Under the pieces are notes generated by a model. That model worked only from the letters and a program-made list of their open reading frames with translations. It made no database searches and was not told the origin of the DNA. The position numbers and the translations under genes are program-made. Source: the human T2T-CHM13v2.0 reference genome, Homo sapiens. From it: DNA of 64,000 nt. The stretch is taken from assembly GCF_009914755.1 (NCBI RefSeq), contig NC_060926.1; one strand, given 5' to 3'. The stretch's first letter is position 1. Every line of letters begins with the position of its first letter. Positions 19,109-38,959 of this stretch are shown in pieces.

Positions 19109-21654
19109 TTAAAAATATATAATATTATATGCAGCTGTTATTTATTATATTATACATTATATTTTATATAATAATATATAATGTATAATATGATATAATG
19201 TGTAATATAATAATAGATTATATATTATATTATATAATATATAATAGATTATATATTATGATATATTACATATAATATATAATAGATTATATATTATGAT
19301 ATATTACATATAATATATAATTCTATAATATATATTATATAATCTATATAATATCTATTATATATATTATATTATCTATATAAATCTATTATATCTATTA
19401 TATTATCTATATAAATCTATTATATCTATTATATTATCTATATAAATCTATTATATCTATTATATTATCTATATAAATCTATTATATCTATTATATTATC
19501 TATATAAATCTATTATATCTATTATATTATCTATATAAATCTATTATATCTATTATATTATCTATATAAATCTATTATATCTATTATATTATCTATATAA
19601 ATCTATTATATCTATTATATTATCTATATAAATCTATTATATCTATTATATTATCTATATAAATCTATTATATCTATTATATTATCTATATAAATCTATT
19701 ATATATATTATATTATCTATATAATATCTAGTATATATATTATATTATCTATATAAATCTATTATATCTATTATATTATCTATATAATATCTATTATATA
19801 TATTATATTATCTATATATCTATTATATATTATATTATATTATATTATATATAATATCTATTATATATATTATATTATCTATATAATATCTATTATATAT
19901 TATATATTATATTATATATAATATCTATTATATATATTATATTATATTATAATATATATAATATCTATTATATATATTATATTATATTATAATATATATA
20001 ATATCTATTATATATTATATTATATATAATATCTATTATATCTATTATATTATATTATATATAATATCTATTATATCTATTATATTATATTATATATAAT
20101 ATCTATTATATCTATTATATTATATTATATATAATATCTATTATATCTATTATATATATTATATATAATATCTTTTATATCTATTATATATTATATATAT
20201 AATATCTATTATATCTATTATATATTATATATATAATATTATATCTATTATATATATTATATATAATATCTATTATATCTATTATATATAATATATATAA
20301 TATCTATTATATCTATTATATATATTATATATATATCTATTATATCTATTATATATATTATATACATAATATCTATTATATATATTATATATATAATATC
20401 TATTATATCTATTATATATATACTATCTATTATATCTATTATATATATTATATATATACTATCTATTATATCTATTATATATATTATATATATACTATCT
20501 ATTATATCTATTATATATATTATATATATACTATCTATTATATCTATTATATATATTATATATATACTATCTATTATATATCTATTATATATATTATTTT
20601 ATATTATATATAGTATCTATTACATATATTATATTATATTATATATAATATCTATTATATATATTATATTATATTATAAATAATATATATAATATCTGTT
20701 ATATATAATAGATATTATATATAATATCTAATATATCTAATAGATATTATATATAATATCTATTATATATAATAGATATTAGATATAATAGATATTATAT
20801 ATAATATAAATTATATATAATTTATATTATACATAATATCTATTATATATAATTTATATTATATATTATATATTAGATATAATAGATATTATATATAATA
20901 TCTATTATATATAATATATTATATATTATATGCAGCTGTTATTATATTATATATATCATATAATATATAATATAATATATAATATATATAATACATTATT
21001 ATATATATATGTATTATATAATATATTATATATAATGTATTATATAATATATTATATATAATGTATTATATATTATATATAATGTATTACATATTATATA
21101 TATTATATAATATATAATATATGTATTATATACAATATATATTATATATATTATATATAATTTATTATATATATAATATATCATAATGATATAATATATA
21201 ATTATATATAATACATATTATATTATATAATATATAATTATATATAATACATATTATATTATATAATATATATTATATATGATATTATATTACATATCAT
21301 ATATATTATATATGATATATATGTCATATATAATATTATATATGATATTATAATACATATCATATATAATATTATATATCATATATAATATATCATATAT
21401 AATATTATATATGATATATATTATATATTATATATAATATATATGATAATATATAATAATAAATCATATAATATATAATATATAAATAATATATATCTAT
21501 TATATAATATAATAGATATTATATATATTATATTATATAATATATAATATATAATATAATTAATATAAAATATATATAATATATAATTAATATAATATGT
21601 AATATAATAATAGATTGTATTTATATATCTATCTATATATATATATATAAATAA
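19109..21654. repeat. 2.5-kb AT-rich compound minisatellite
   Basis: Almost pure A/T. About 10 perfect copies of the 31-mer TATAAATCTATTATATCTATTATATTATCTA lie at about 19370-19700, followed by variant units. Confidence 0.97.
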
Positions 21655-21995
21655 CGGCTGCATTGCATTAACAAGCTAGGTCCAAACTACTTAATAAAGA
21701 TTTGTCTTCTAAAAAGGTGGTATCCTTTGATAAAAGTATGCAAACATTAAAACAAAATTATTTCATTGTTTGCCAATAGAATTCATGCATTCACTAGATA
21801 CCTCAGAACTTCTCAAAACTTGGAATCAAATTAGACATTGCAGTGTTCATTTCCTCTTCCACAGGGATACTTACGCAGTCTGGCTTATTATCATAACATT
21901 ACTGAAAACTCAGCTTTGTAGATATGATGTCACAATTCCACAAGGTGAACGGTCCTGGTATATGTGTGCTTTTGCCTTAAAACACAGAGTATGGC

Positions 21996-22285
21996 AGCTA
22001 GGCATGGTGGCTCACACCTGTAATCTCAGCACTTTAGGAAGGTGAGGATCCCTTGAGGCCAGGAATTTAAGACCAGCCTGGGCAATGCAGCGAGTCCGTG
22101 TCTCTACAAAATAACTTAAAAAATTAGCTGGACATGGTAGCATGCACCTATATTCCCAGCTACTTGGGATTCTGAGGTGGGAGGATCACTTGAGCCCGAG
22201 TTTGAGGCTGCAGTGAGCTATGATTGTGTCACTGCTCTCCAGCCTGGGCAACAAAGCAACAGTCTGCCAAACAAACAAACAAAAA
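21996..22285 (+). mobile_element. Alu (AluJ)
   Basis: Diverged dimer with an (aaac)n tail. Decayed TSD acagagtatggc / acagactacggc. Confidence 0.92.
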
Positions 22286-22477
22286 CAGACTACGGCAGAC
22301 TATGGGACTATGGTGTTATTCTGAGAGCAGCTACTTTATCTTGGGTCCCAAAATTTAAACTTCTTTGGCCATAATGCCAAATCCTTAGACATTAGAACAA
22401 AGCTAAAATAACATTAAGGTCCTATCTGAGGATGATGTAATAACATCGAATTAGGAGATGATATGTGTCTCTCTTTC

Positions 22478-22517
22478 TGTGTGTGTGTGTGTGTGTGTGT
22501 ATGTGTGTGTGTGTGTG
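22478..22517. repeat. (TG)n microsatellite
   Basis: Read directly. Confidence 0.97.
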
Positions 22518-23949
22518 CATATCAGTTGGACTTCGAAAGACATGACAAATAATCTAGATTCGTGCTGTCAGTTTGTTAAAAACATGGAATATGCATTTGC
22601 AGAAAGGAATGATCATTACAGAGCAAAATTACATCAATTTTTCCATTTAGTTTTGCCATGTCTTCCAAATTCCACACTCACCGCAGCTAGTAAAACATTT
22701 TCCTCTTATTTTCACACAAGTCCTTCACTACCATGCTGTTCTTAATTTTTCCTTTTCTCCTGCTCTCATCACTCCCTATTCCTTTCCAAAAACCCCATCC
22801 AGAGGGAAGAGGCTGTCTGCTCACAAAGTCTTAAGAAAAGTGGAGTATAATGTCAGTTTTGAATATCCCTTTCCTTGAATCTGAGGAACAGACCCACTAG
22901 AATTCTCAAGCATGCAACTCTGTAAATTCTTACATGGACAAGTAAACAGTAGACTACATTAAAAAAAGGTGATCAGTTTTAAAGGGGAAAGCACAGGAAC
23001 CTATATGAATACATAAAAGAAACACACAACTCAAATGTTTTGGTCATGAATCAAGTAGAACTTTACAGCGATGGTGTCGTATAATTTGATATCCGACTAA
23101 TAAGAATGTACCAGATGAAAAAGAGGATGAGGATGGTATAGCATGACCACAGTAGAAAGTGAAAATGTTAAGCAGTGAAGTTTGATATGCAATCTGTGTC
23201 ACATCTTGAAACTTTTAGAAAACCGTGTTATTGTGACACACCTGATGAAATTGTCTCTTTATATTCAAAAATGTCCTGGTTTAGAAGACATAGTGTATGG
23301 TGTCCCTGTGGATGACCGTGACCTAGTTTTAAATCAGTAGTGCTTTTAAATCTGTCATATATATCATATCATATATATCATACATGTCATATATATGATA
23401 TATATGTATGTCATATATATGATACATATATATGTATGTTTGTGTATTTATATACACATTACTGAGCACACTTAAGGTTAAAAGTACATCACAGAAAAGG
23501 CAATTTATATTGTCCCGGAAGGCTGAGTAAAGAGTTGAAGAAGACAAGATCTAAATATTTGGTACTTGTTATTTTAAAAACTTACATTATATTTTTTCAG
23601 TAAGTAAAAATATTAGGTAAATTAAACTTTTTCCTATATAATATACATACATATGTTTAACACTTACTAAAAATATCATCAAAATAAGGTGTTTATAAAA
23701 TGTGGTTAAATGAAAAGGGCAATTTTGCTTTAAAAATGCAAATTCAGACATATCATACTTTTTTTTGTGACTTCTTTAAATTTCAAATCTCCAACATCCC
23801 TTAACTCATTAATGGCCTTACTGTATATTTCACTGATTAAATGGAAGCAATCAGAAGAAAAAAGCTAGCTTCACCCTATCCCATGTGTGCTTGCACATGC
23901 GCACGCACACACACACACACACACCTTAACTACCTGCATCTGTGTCATG

Positions 23950-25030
23950 TATTCTGCATTGTTTATGTGCATAAGCTGTCCATGCTCATGGATAAAGCCA
24001 GTTCCACTCCTTTTATACTAGACTTTTATCCCTATCACTTATTTAAGGCTATTGCTCCAGATTTTCTGCCCTTTCATTTGTTTGTATTTCTATCTTACCT
24101 GATTGGCTGCTGCCTCTCATCCTTCGTTGGCATTTTCTTCTGATCTCCTCAAACCAAACACTGGGGTGCCCAGGCTCTTCCTAGAGCCTTTTTCTTTTCT
24201 ATTAGAGAATATAGTTTTATACTGAATATAATGTAGAGTTGATAGATAAAATACAGGATACCTAGTTAAATTTGAATTTAAGAGAAACAGCTAATTTTTA
24301 TTACATGTCCAGTTGTCTCAAATATTGCATGAAACATACTATACAAAAATTATCCAATGTTTATCTAGAATTCAAATTTACATATACACATAGTCTCTGT
24401 GATGCATATAATATATAAAACCTCGGTTTTCTTTCAGTTTCTCCCATATCTAGGCCTCCTTCTGAAATTGAGACTTCCATATCCGACTTTCTACTTGATA
24501 TAGCCACTAATATATCTCAAATTTTGCATCTTTCAAATGAAACATCTGACTTTTCCTCTCAGACATTTGCTTTTCTCCAGTGTCTTTCTATTAATAAAAA
24601 AAAATATTCTTTTAGTTGCTGGAGGAGGAAAAACGTCATCTTATTTCTCTTCAACCCATATCCAAAGCTAAAAAATATCTTGTTCCAGCTAACAGCATAG
24701 ATCCCATTCTCATTAAAAGTCTGTTACGACAGCCTCTGTTATCAAATTTGACCTTCTCAGGGAGGCCATTCCTGCTCATCCTACTTCAAACTGCACTCCT
24801 TCGACTTGGGCAACTTCCTAACTTCTTCTCCTAGTTTCTTTTCTTTGGTTACATATGTCACCATCCAACAAAATATAAATTTTCTCGTTGTTTTTGTATA
24901 TTATCAGTCATTTCTGACAAGAGTATAAGTTCCATGGGTGCAAGTTTTTTATTTTTTATTTTTGTTTGTTGTATCGCTAGGGTGGTATCTGATATACAGA
25001 AAGTCCTCAATAAATATTTGATGACTTAAT
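23950..25030 (+). mobile_element. L2 3' fragment
   Basis: Pyrimidine-rich L2-like body ending in gtataagttccatg...ctcaataaatatttgatga. Confidence 0.7.
24234..24380. mobile_element. MER53-like hAT MITE nested in the L2
   Basis: agataaaatacaggatacctagttaaatttgaattt...aattcaaattta forms an internal inverted repeat. Confidence 0.8.
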
Positions 25031-25792
25031 AAACACGTAAATATATACCTGATAGTGGTAAAATCAACAGAATAATATAACCTGGAAATAAAAATGATTT
25101 GAATTTTTATTAATTTAATTTCAATGTTATTTGATGAATGCTTAAACATTTTGAACATGCTGAGTGAATAGGATATTAAATAATTAATAATTTTTATCAA
25201 GTCTATTAAAACAATTATTGACATTTTTGTTTGATTTGAATGTATAGCCCATTTCATTTTTATTAACTGTCTTAGGTAACAAATTTCCATCATTTTTTTC
25301 TTCTTTTTAGTTGTATTTTTTTAGTGTCCCTGGGAAGCCACGAATAATCATTCTTTCTTAAATTAGTTTCGAGAGTAGATCACAAAAAGCTTTCCTAGAA
25401 GTACCCCTTTAATTTTCCAATAAATTATTTGGATGTGCTGTTTTAGAAATAGTCAATTTAGATAAGCCAAGTGAAAACAATTTCTAAGTCAGGACAAAAT
25501 TGGTAATGTAATAAGCTTTTACATTATTTTTAATTCAAAATCCTTAATAATTGCTACATGAGGGTAATGTGCCTTTCCCCCAAGTTTTTTTCTCTGGCTT
25601 CCTTTACTTTACATTATCTATACTTTACTTCTACTTCTATATACTACCTCTACTTCTCTTTTTGTCCTCTGCCATCATGCTACTCTAGACTACTGTTTTC
25701 TTATTCTGACTTTTCCTTTCCTGAGGTTAAATTTCAAATTTCTAGGAAAACCTCCAAATCCTGCATCTTCTGAACCATACTGAAATCTACAC

Positions 25793-25945
25793 TAGTGGCT
25801 TTCAGTGTTTGCAAAGAAGAATCACCAGGGTGCTTTTAAAAACTCTTGATATCAAGGCATCACCCCAGAACATTGAAATAGGATGTCTAGGTATGGAGCC
25901 TATCCAGACAATTGCTATGATTACTCACCAGAGATGAGAACTCTG
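25793..25945. mobile_element. MER5A-like hAT MITE
   Basis: agaatcaccagggtgcttttaaaaa...caccccaga...tgagaactctg. Confidence 0.65.
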
Positions 25946-26099
25946 ACCCTATAGCCTCCTTGGGACCACTTTTCACTCTCGAACTTCCATGAGCCTTTTT
26001 TGCTATGTTAATTAACCATAGTGTGACCCCATCGCATGCAATTATATTTTATGTTAGTTACACATTTGTAATTCTAGTGCTCTGGAACAACTGTGTGGT

Positions 26100-26330
26100 G
26101 GTTTTTGCACTAAAGTATAAGCCTGGTGATGGCTGGTACCAGAAGATCTCTTTGTTTCAGTACTTTATCACTAATGCCAAACACAGGATCTGATACACAG
26201 AAGGTACTTCATAACAATAGAAGAAAAAAGGGAAGACAAAAAGAAGAAAGAAAAGAAGAAAGAAAGAGAGAGAGGGAGAGACGGAGGGAGGGAGGGAAAG
26301 AAAATGGGAGGAGAAGGGAAGAAAAAAATA
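26100..26330 (+). mobile_element. L2 3' end followed by a GA-rich low-complexity tail
   Basis: taatgccaaacacaggatctgatacacagaaggtact, then a purine tract at 26219-26330. Confidence 0.6.
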
Positions 26331-28006
26331 ATGGCAGCTTTTCTGTGTTGCCTCCTCATGGATATATTATGGTGAATTCATAGTGACACATGCAGATAAG
26401 AGATAAACTCTCACAGCAATTCTGACCCTCCTCCATTTTTACTCTACTGCTTTCATCGTTGGAATTAGTAACAAAGAAGTGAGCTGGGGTGATAGTACAA
26501 GGAGATAATTAGTGAAAAACAGAACCTTAAGAATTCTGAGACCTATCATATATCCAACCATTGTCAACATTATATGCAATATTCTTTTTATAAAAAATAG
26601 TCAAAGCAAGGAGATGAGATTCATCCTCCCCTTCCACACATAGGCCTCAGTAAATGGTTGTGTGTTGTTTTTCTCCCTTTTATTTTATTCTGCTTTCATT
26701 TGTATATAGGTGCTTAATGTTGGGTAAAATACATTTATCTTGGATTTTAAGGAGTTTAGTAGATTGTCCGGGAATCAACCCTAAGGCATAGTCTGACTAT
26801 TCCCCTCTCTGCAAATGTGATGACCATCGCTGTTCACGAAAATAATGTCTCCTTGAAAAGATATCCTATACTGTCAAGAGACTTGGAAGGGCCCTTATAA
26901 TCTGTTCCACCAGTTTGCAGTCAGTGATGACAGCTTCTTTCCTCAATTGTTCCTGCCTTCTCTGAAAAAAAAAAATACTACTTCATATTTCTGAGAAATA
27001 AGTATAAAAATGATACTTCTGGGCTTCTCACATGGTATGCTTCATAATAATGGATTCATTTAAAATATAAGGATGCATTTTCTAAAAGTTGGCCCTGTTG
27101 CAATCTTTAGCAGATATTTTTATCATTTGGTAACATATAAATTGGCGAAAACCATACAAATAGCTTAATTATTCAATATAATTTTCTTGTGGCTAAAATA
27201 TTAGACTGCACTTTAAATTTTTTTTTTACCTGACTAACTAGTAATTAGTAGAAATAACAAAAAGAACAAAACATTTTCCGACAGTACCTTAAACTTTAAT
27301 TTTGTTCTGTATATGTCTAGAAATTAGTTGGTATTTTCGCTACCCCAGGTATTACCTTGGTGATATTAATGTTGGGTTTTAGGAAAAAAAAGTTTAAGAA
27401 AAAAATTTGGCAGGAGATAAGCACGCTCATTTGACAGTCCATTCTATGAGCCAGTAAACGTTGGTGATGAAAACACGAAGACAGCAATAATCAATAAACA
27501 TGTCTATTTGGAACAGGTGATTCAAGTGACAGACATTTGTACTAAGGACAGACTAAGCATAGATATATTGTGCTAATAAAAGACTAATCTTAATGTTGCT
27601 AAGATGTTTATTAACATTAGAGCAACTATTATTTTGAAACAGCTTTACAAACATAATTGGATTCAGAAAACAATGGGATAATTAGAACAAATTTCCTATC
27701 ACTTTGGAGGACTTTTTATAATTTAAATAATATATGTAAGCATACATATATAGAAATATATAATATGTACACATGTATACTATACTATATATTACAATTA
27801 TTAACTATTAAAATATAATTATTTATTATATTATGTATTATAATATTATTATAGAATGCATTATGTAATATATTTTATTATGTATTATATTACGATGTAA
27901 CAAATAATTGTATCATTTATGTAATATATACAGTTATTTTATTAGCAAATGAGAATCAACATTTAAATAATCTCCTGTACCTCTGTGAATCAATATTCAA
28001 AAGTGT

Positions 28007-28362
<356 letters not shown>

Positions 28363-28551
28363 CTAGCAAATAACTGCTCTTGGAAGATAAGACTGGCCAA
28401 TAACTAGAGAGTTAAATTATAAGGACTAACAGCTTAATCATAAGACTCACTTGAAACCCTCACCTTGCTTTGCCCACCATTCAAAGCCATTATATTTTAA
28501 CCAACTGAGCCTCACCATGTCCTATCTTGCAAAGCCCATATTAAAATCACC

Positions 28552-32446
<3,895 letters not shown>

Positions 32447-32484
32447 TAAAGTCACCCAGACCAGGCCCTCCATCTCTTTTGTAA

Positions 32485-33158
<674 letters not shown>

Positions 33159-33159
33159 T

Positions 33160-35200
33160 GATTTTCCATATGCATTTTAAAATTTGAATGAGAAGTTATA
33201 TGAAAAAATAAAATTAATTAAATTTTTTATTGTAATCAATTGAACGTAGAGATTAATGGGGGACATTTATAATATGAATCTTCTCATTAATATATACTGG
33301 ATTTTGGGGCTCTAGCTATTTATTTTGGATTTAACAGTTTTCTACAAAATTATTTTTAAGTACTGCATATTTTTATGGTACTATAAATGTATGTTTAAAA
33401 TATTTCCTCTGTTTTTATATAATGATACATTGGTTTTTTGATATTGGTATTACGGTAAAATGTCTGGATTACTTATAATAAAATTGAGTATTTGTCTTTT
33501 TAGAGGATTATCTTATAAGTAGCTTACAACTGAATTTTGTTAGTTTGAAAATGTGTGTCTTTCATTGGAGAGATTTAGATTTTAATATTCACCGTGATTA
33601 TTGGAATATTTGGGGATATGTTTATACATTTAATTTTGTGTTATTAGTCTTGATTTTCTAGGCTTATTGATTGAGCACATGATTTTCTCACTTATTTTTC
33701 TGTGCTATAATTGAAAAAGTTTTTTTCATTTTTCATTCCAGATTTAACATATATACCAAAATAAATTCCTTGAAATCAAATATCTTTATAACTGTTTTAA
33801 ATATTATAATTTCAGTTGACCCTGAACAACACTTCGCTGGTCCACTTATACATGTATTTACTTCTATCTCTCCCACCTTGAAAAAATAAGACGAACCCCT
33901 TCTCTTCCTTCTCCACCTTCTCAGACTATGCAAAGGTGGTAAGGAGGAAAACCTTTATGATGAACAATTTCTAATTAATAAATAGTAAATATCTACTGCT
34001 TTTCCGTATGATTTTAATAACATTTTATTTTCTCTAGCTTACTTTGTTGTAAGAATACAGTATGTAATTCATATGACATACAAAATGTCTGTTAATTGAC
34101 TGTTTATGTCATCAGTAATGCTCTTGTCAACAGTAGGTTATTATTAGTTAAGTTTTTGCGGAATCAAAAGTTATACCTGGATTTTTGACATTGTAGTAGT
34201 TGGGCTTCCCTAACCCGTGAGTTGTTCAAAGGTCAAGTATACCTTAGTATGCTCTAAATCCAGCTATCTTTTCTCATCTCAATGAGTATGCTGAATTTGT
34301 TAAGCTATATGCTACTATCTTACTTAATTTACTAAATCTAATTCAAACCAATTCATATTATTTTCTTTGTTCATTTCTTCTCACATTTTGTAATTTCTTC
34401 TTTATGTTTCTCTTTCCTTAAGTATAAAATATAACGTTTTTAGCAAAAATAATTTTTAAATAGTCTCAGGTTTTTTTTCTGAAAATATTTTAATTCTATC
34501 TAACACTTGAAATCCATTTTATTGGGCCTGCATTTCCAGAGTTTTAGATAATTCTTATGACATTCTGATTGTATTATTTCACAGTCTTAGAGCTTTCATG
34601 GTAGCTATTGAGAGGGTAAAAATCTATTTGATGTTTCTTTTATGTAATCAGTTTTATTCTTTCTGGTGCTTTATAATGTATCTAGGCACATATTTTAAAA
34701 ACTTACACTGTCAAGATTCATTTGGCTGTGCAAAATTTGTAATTCACATTTCATATAAGTACTGGAAATATCTTTTCTCATCCTGTCTGTATCTCAATTT
34801 TTTATAAAATCTCCCACTGAAAATCCAATTAGCAGATAAACCTTTTGTCTTTATCATCATTTTTTAAATTTTCTTCAACGAACTTTATTGCAGTGCAAGC
34901 TGAGATATGTATTATTTGTTTGCCCTACAAAGAAAAACAGAATTGATAGGCATCTACCAATCTCTAACACAATTTTCTATCTTGGTCTAGGTAAAACTGA
35001 AATTGTGGGTCACTATTGATGATCAGGTATCCCTATGGCAACTAATGACTTTCAGTCCCTCTTTACGTCTATAAATTTGTGCTTTCTAAGGATTTTTAGC
35101 TTCTGAGAATTTCATTTACTTTATTGTATTCTGAGGTATATAAAGATACTAAAATGTATTTTTTCATTTTCCTGATTTAAAGTATAGTTCAGTTTTTCAA
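33160..35200 (-). mobile_element. Highly decayed L1M fragments
   Basis: T-rich antisense L1-like text on both sides of the Tigger element. Confidence 0.4.
33813..34238. mobile_element. Tigger2a-like TcMar deletion derivative
   Basis: Terminal inverted repeats cagttgaccctgaacaac ... gttgttcaaaggtcaa; length about 425 bp. Confidence 0.85.
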
Positions 35201-35572
35201 TTTTTAAACTTAGTGCAGGCTAAGTTTTTAAATACATATAATCATCCTAATTCCTTAAAGAGAATTCCTGAGAAGGTCCTTATACATTATTGAATCTTAT
35301 GAAGATGAGATGGCTGTGTGACCACAAATATTATTTTATTGCTACAATGGATGATATATGTATAAATCATAAAGTGACCATGAATTTTGCTAAAATATTT
35401 CCATTATTATTTTGGCTTTAAGTCATATTTTCTTTTACAAATGAAAAAAATTTATTTTTATCTTTTATCTTCATCAAACTTGTTATTGAAAAGCTTTAAT
35501 CTTACTTTGGTATATGATTTTTCTAAGACACACTTTAGTCTTTCAAATTGTCTATGATATTTACATTACTAA

Positions 35573-35933
35573 TGTATTAGTCTGTTCTCACCCTGCTAAT
35601 AAAGACATACCTGAGACTGGGTAATTTATAAAAAATAAGGTTGAATTGACTCGCAATTTAGCATTGCTGGGAGGCCTCAGGAAACTTACAATCATGGTGG
35701 AAGCTGAAGCAAACATGCCCTTCATCACATGGCAGCAGGAAAGAGAAGAATGAGGACCAAGCAAAGGTAGAAGCCCTCAGATCCTGTGAGGACTTACTAT
35801 CACGAGGATAGCATGGGGGAAACCATCCCTATGATTCAATTACCTCCCACTGGGTCCCTTCCACCACATACGGGGATTATGGGAACTACAATTCAAGATG
35901 AGCTTTGGGTGGAGACACAGTCAAACCATAAAA
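35573..35933 (-). mobile_element. THE1 solo LTR
   Basis: tgtattagtctgttctcac...acacagtcaaaccata. The 5-bp TSD ACTAA is at 35568-35572 and 35934-35938. Confidence 0.94.
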
Positions 35934-36149
35934 ACTAATAAGTCTGGAGATAACATTAATTCAACTATCATTAAAAATAACTGTATATTGAATAAAACAG
36001 ACAAAGATATTTTTGAAATCAACACAACTTGATTATTGTCCATTAAAAGTGTAGACAAATGCACAGAAACAAGTATAAAAATGAAAAATTACTATATGTG
36101 ACAATATGTTTATAATTCAATAAAATATTTAAATATTATCGACACACTA

Positions 36150-36427
36150 TTTGTTTATTTACTTATTTATTTATCTGAGACATGGTCTCATTGTCAACTA
36201 GGCTAGAGTACAGTGGCACAATCTCAGATCACTGCAACTTCTGCCTCCTGGGCTCAAGTGATCCTTCCACTTCAGCCTCCAGTGTAGCTGGGACCACAGG
36301 CACACACCACCATGCTTGGCTAATTTTTGTTTTATATTTTTTGTATAGAGAGTTTTTGACATGTTGCCCAGGCTGGTCTTGAGTTCCTTTGCTCAAGCAA
36401 TCCACCTGTCTTAGCCTCCCAAAGTGC
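36150..36427 (-). mobile_element. Alu (AluJ-like), slightly 5'-truncated
   Basis: A (ttta)n tail, then an antisense dimer ending gcctcccaaagtgc. Confidence 0.92.
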
Positions 36428-38959
36428 AACACATACTTTATAATAAGACAAACACATATTTTGGTAGAGAATGAAGAAAGAATAGCTAATAATTGCAGAG
36501 TAAAATATTGGCTAGCAAGGCAAGAAAAAAGCAGAAGAGCTTGAAAATAGATTAATTATATTGATTTTCCTTAGGCTCATAGAAGATTTTAAATAAGATT
36601 AATAAAGTAAAACCCACAAGAGAGTTTCCTGAGTGTCTTTTGGTCCTCAGCCTTTTATAGTCACAAGTTCCTTTCCTTTTTAAGCAAAATTGCTCAAAGT
36701 TCAGCATGCTCCTATGATTCTTAAGACTTTTTCCCCCAATCGTTTTTCTATAGGCTGAATGCCATCCCTATTCCTTCACTTCCCCAAAGTATTACCAACA
36801 AAAGGCTACTATATACGGGAAAATACAGGGAGGTTATACAATGTAGAACATGGACAGTATATTCTAAAGAGCATTCTTCTTTTTTTCACTATAGCTGCTA
36901 GAATCCAAAATCCTAAAACATTATTATTTTGTGTATAAAGAGGTTTAGTCTCCATGCCTATCTACAATCTCCTTAAACTGTCCTGGTTAACAAAAGGCCA
37001 TCTTATAGATATATGCCTTTTGGTAGAAAAAAAAAAAACACAGTTGTTTTACCTTTGTTTGCTTGTTTATTTTGAGGAAGGCTTCCTCTTACGCATAGTC
37101 TCTCATGTATAAGTATAGTATATAAATATTCATTCTTTTCTAGTCCTTTGTACAATTACAGGAATTATGTGGTGTGTGAGTGTGAATGTGTGTATATTAT
37201 AATTTTTCCTTTTCCAAGTATGTGAAGCTAATTCAACATGTGGAAATTCCTCAGTATATAATTTTCTACCTATTATTTGTGTACAACATAATATAATTGT
37301 CAGAAGAATCCAGTGCTTTTACTGTATTTTTTTAAATCGTCAATAATCTACACTAATGTGTAATCAACAAAGCCTTTGTTAACATCCTAAGTATTTGCAG
37401 ATCTTATGTGTCATGACCAATAGTCAGTTTTTGTAATAAGAAAGACTAGTATTTAGTCCAATGTGGATAATTTAACAGATTACTGACTTATTATGGAGTT
37501 CATAACATAGACTTCTATAATTGCATATAATACCAAATCATCAGATTTAAATGTGCACAAAATATAAACAAATATCTTATCAAATTATTTTATAAGTATA
37601 GACAATGCCTTTTTAATAAAAATTACATGTTTGCATTATTCATAATTAACTATGTATACTGTGCATTCAACAAAATTTCATGTTTATGAGAATGTATAAT
37701 TTCATTTTATGTTAATTAATGAACATATTTCAGGGCAGTGGACCAAGAGTTGGATGATATATACAGTTAAATCAGACATGCATCTTATTTTTTCAAGATA
37801 ACTATAATTTAATAGAGTAGATAAACTATACATGCACCTTAATAACTACCATCCAATATCAAAGGTAGATGAAAAACTGTTTGTAGGGTAAGGACACACC
37901 AGAGCACAAGTCCAAAGCATAACAAATAGGCTATCTAAGTCCCAATATATTTATGGATGACAAAAGGGTTATAACAGCATTTTCCTATTGAGACAAAAAA
38001 TACCTTATACAATTCTATATTTGTATATACAGAGAAAACATTTTACTATTTCATAAGAAAACATTTGAGTTATAAATTGGTTAACAATTATTCTGACATG
38101 TTTGGAAATAACTAGGAAAAATAATTGCTGAAAATATACTCCTTCCTATAATGGTGGTATAAAATATGTATTTTAATCATCAACAGATTTAAGAAACTGT
38201 TCCAGACAAGAATTTGAAATACAAATCTCTCACACCGCTGGCAGTTATGGTGCCTTATCTCCCTAAAGCAGTGCCATCATAGGTAAATGAAGAAAACGGG
38301 CTTTTTTATGTTTTAGATTAACCACAAGAGGGAACTCATAGAGACCTGTTAATGTAAGTAAAACATATTAACAATGATAAAAAATGTTATTCTGCAGAGT
38401 TCAAACAAAGTTCAGTCTCTGTTATTATGTTTTAGTACTATGATGCTTGAAAGTAAGTTTTGAAGAAAACCAATTACTTTCCTTACAATTCCTGAACTCA
38501 TTTCATAACTATTAAAGATTTTTGTGTGTCTTATTATAATATTTGGTTATATAATTAATTATACTTTTTAATAAGGCAAGGAATGGAGGTCCAATAATAG
38601 ACAAAGTTTTGAACTGACTATGAACTTTTTACACTACAGTGTCACTCTGGGATTTTGGACATCCTCTAACTCCTCTGTACATGATTCTCTTTTCACTAAT
38701 CTCAGAGGAATGACAACAAATATATTAATTTGTTAATGTTCACAATACTTTTCAAAAAATGCTTCAATGTCTGTAAATAATGTATGATAAATCCAGAAAG
38801 AAATAGTGTAATTATATTATAATATAGGCACTTTAAGTTTTACAGCAAATTTGGCCCTGGAAAGAGATTAAAAGGGATCATTTCTCCTCCAAATGTAGTT
38901 AGAATAATAAGCAAGATTGAATCTGAAGGTGTCTTATATTTTGACATTTCTTTCCTCTA

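Noticed and set aside
21421-21663. 80-aa I/Y-rich ORF
   Set aside because: It is a translation of the AT repeat, with no coding signal.
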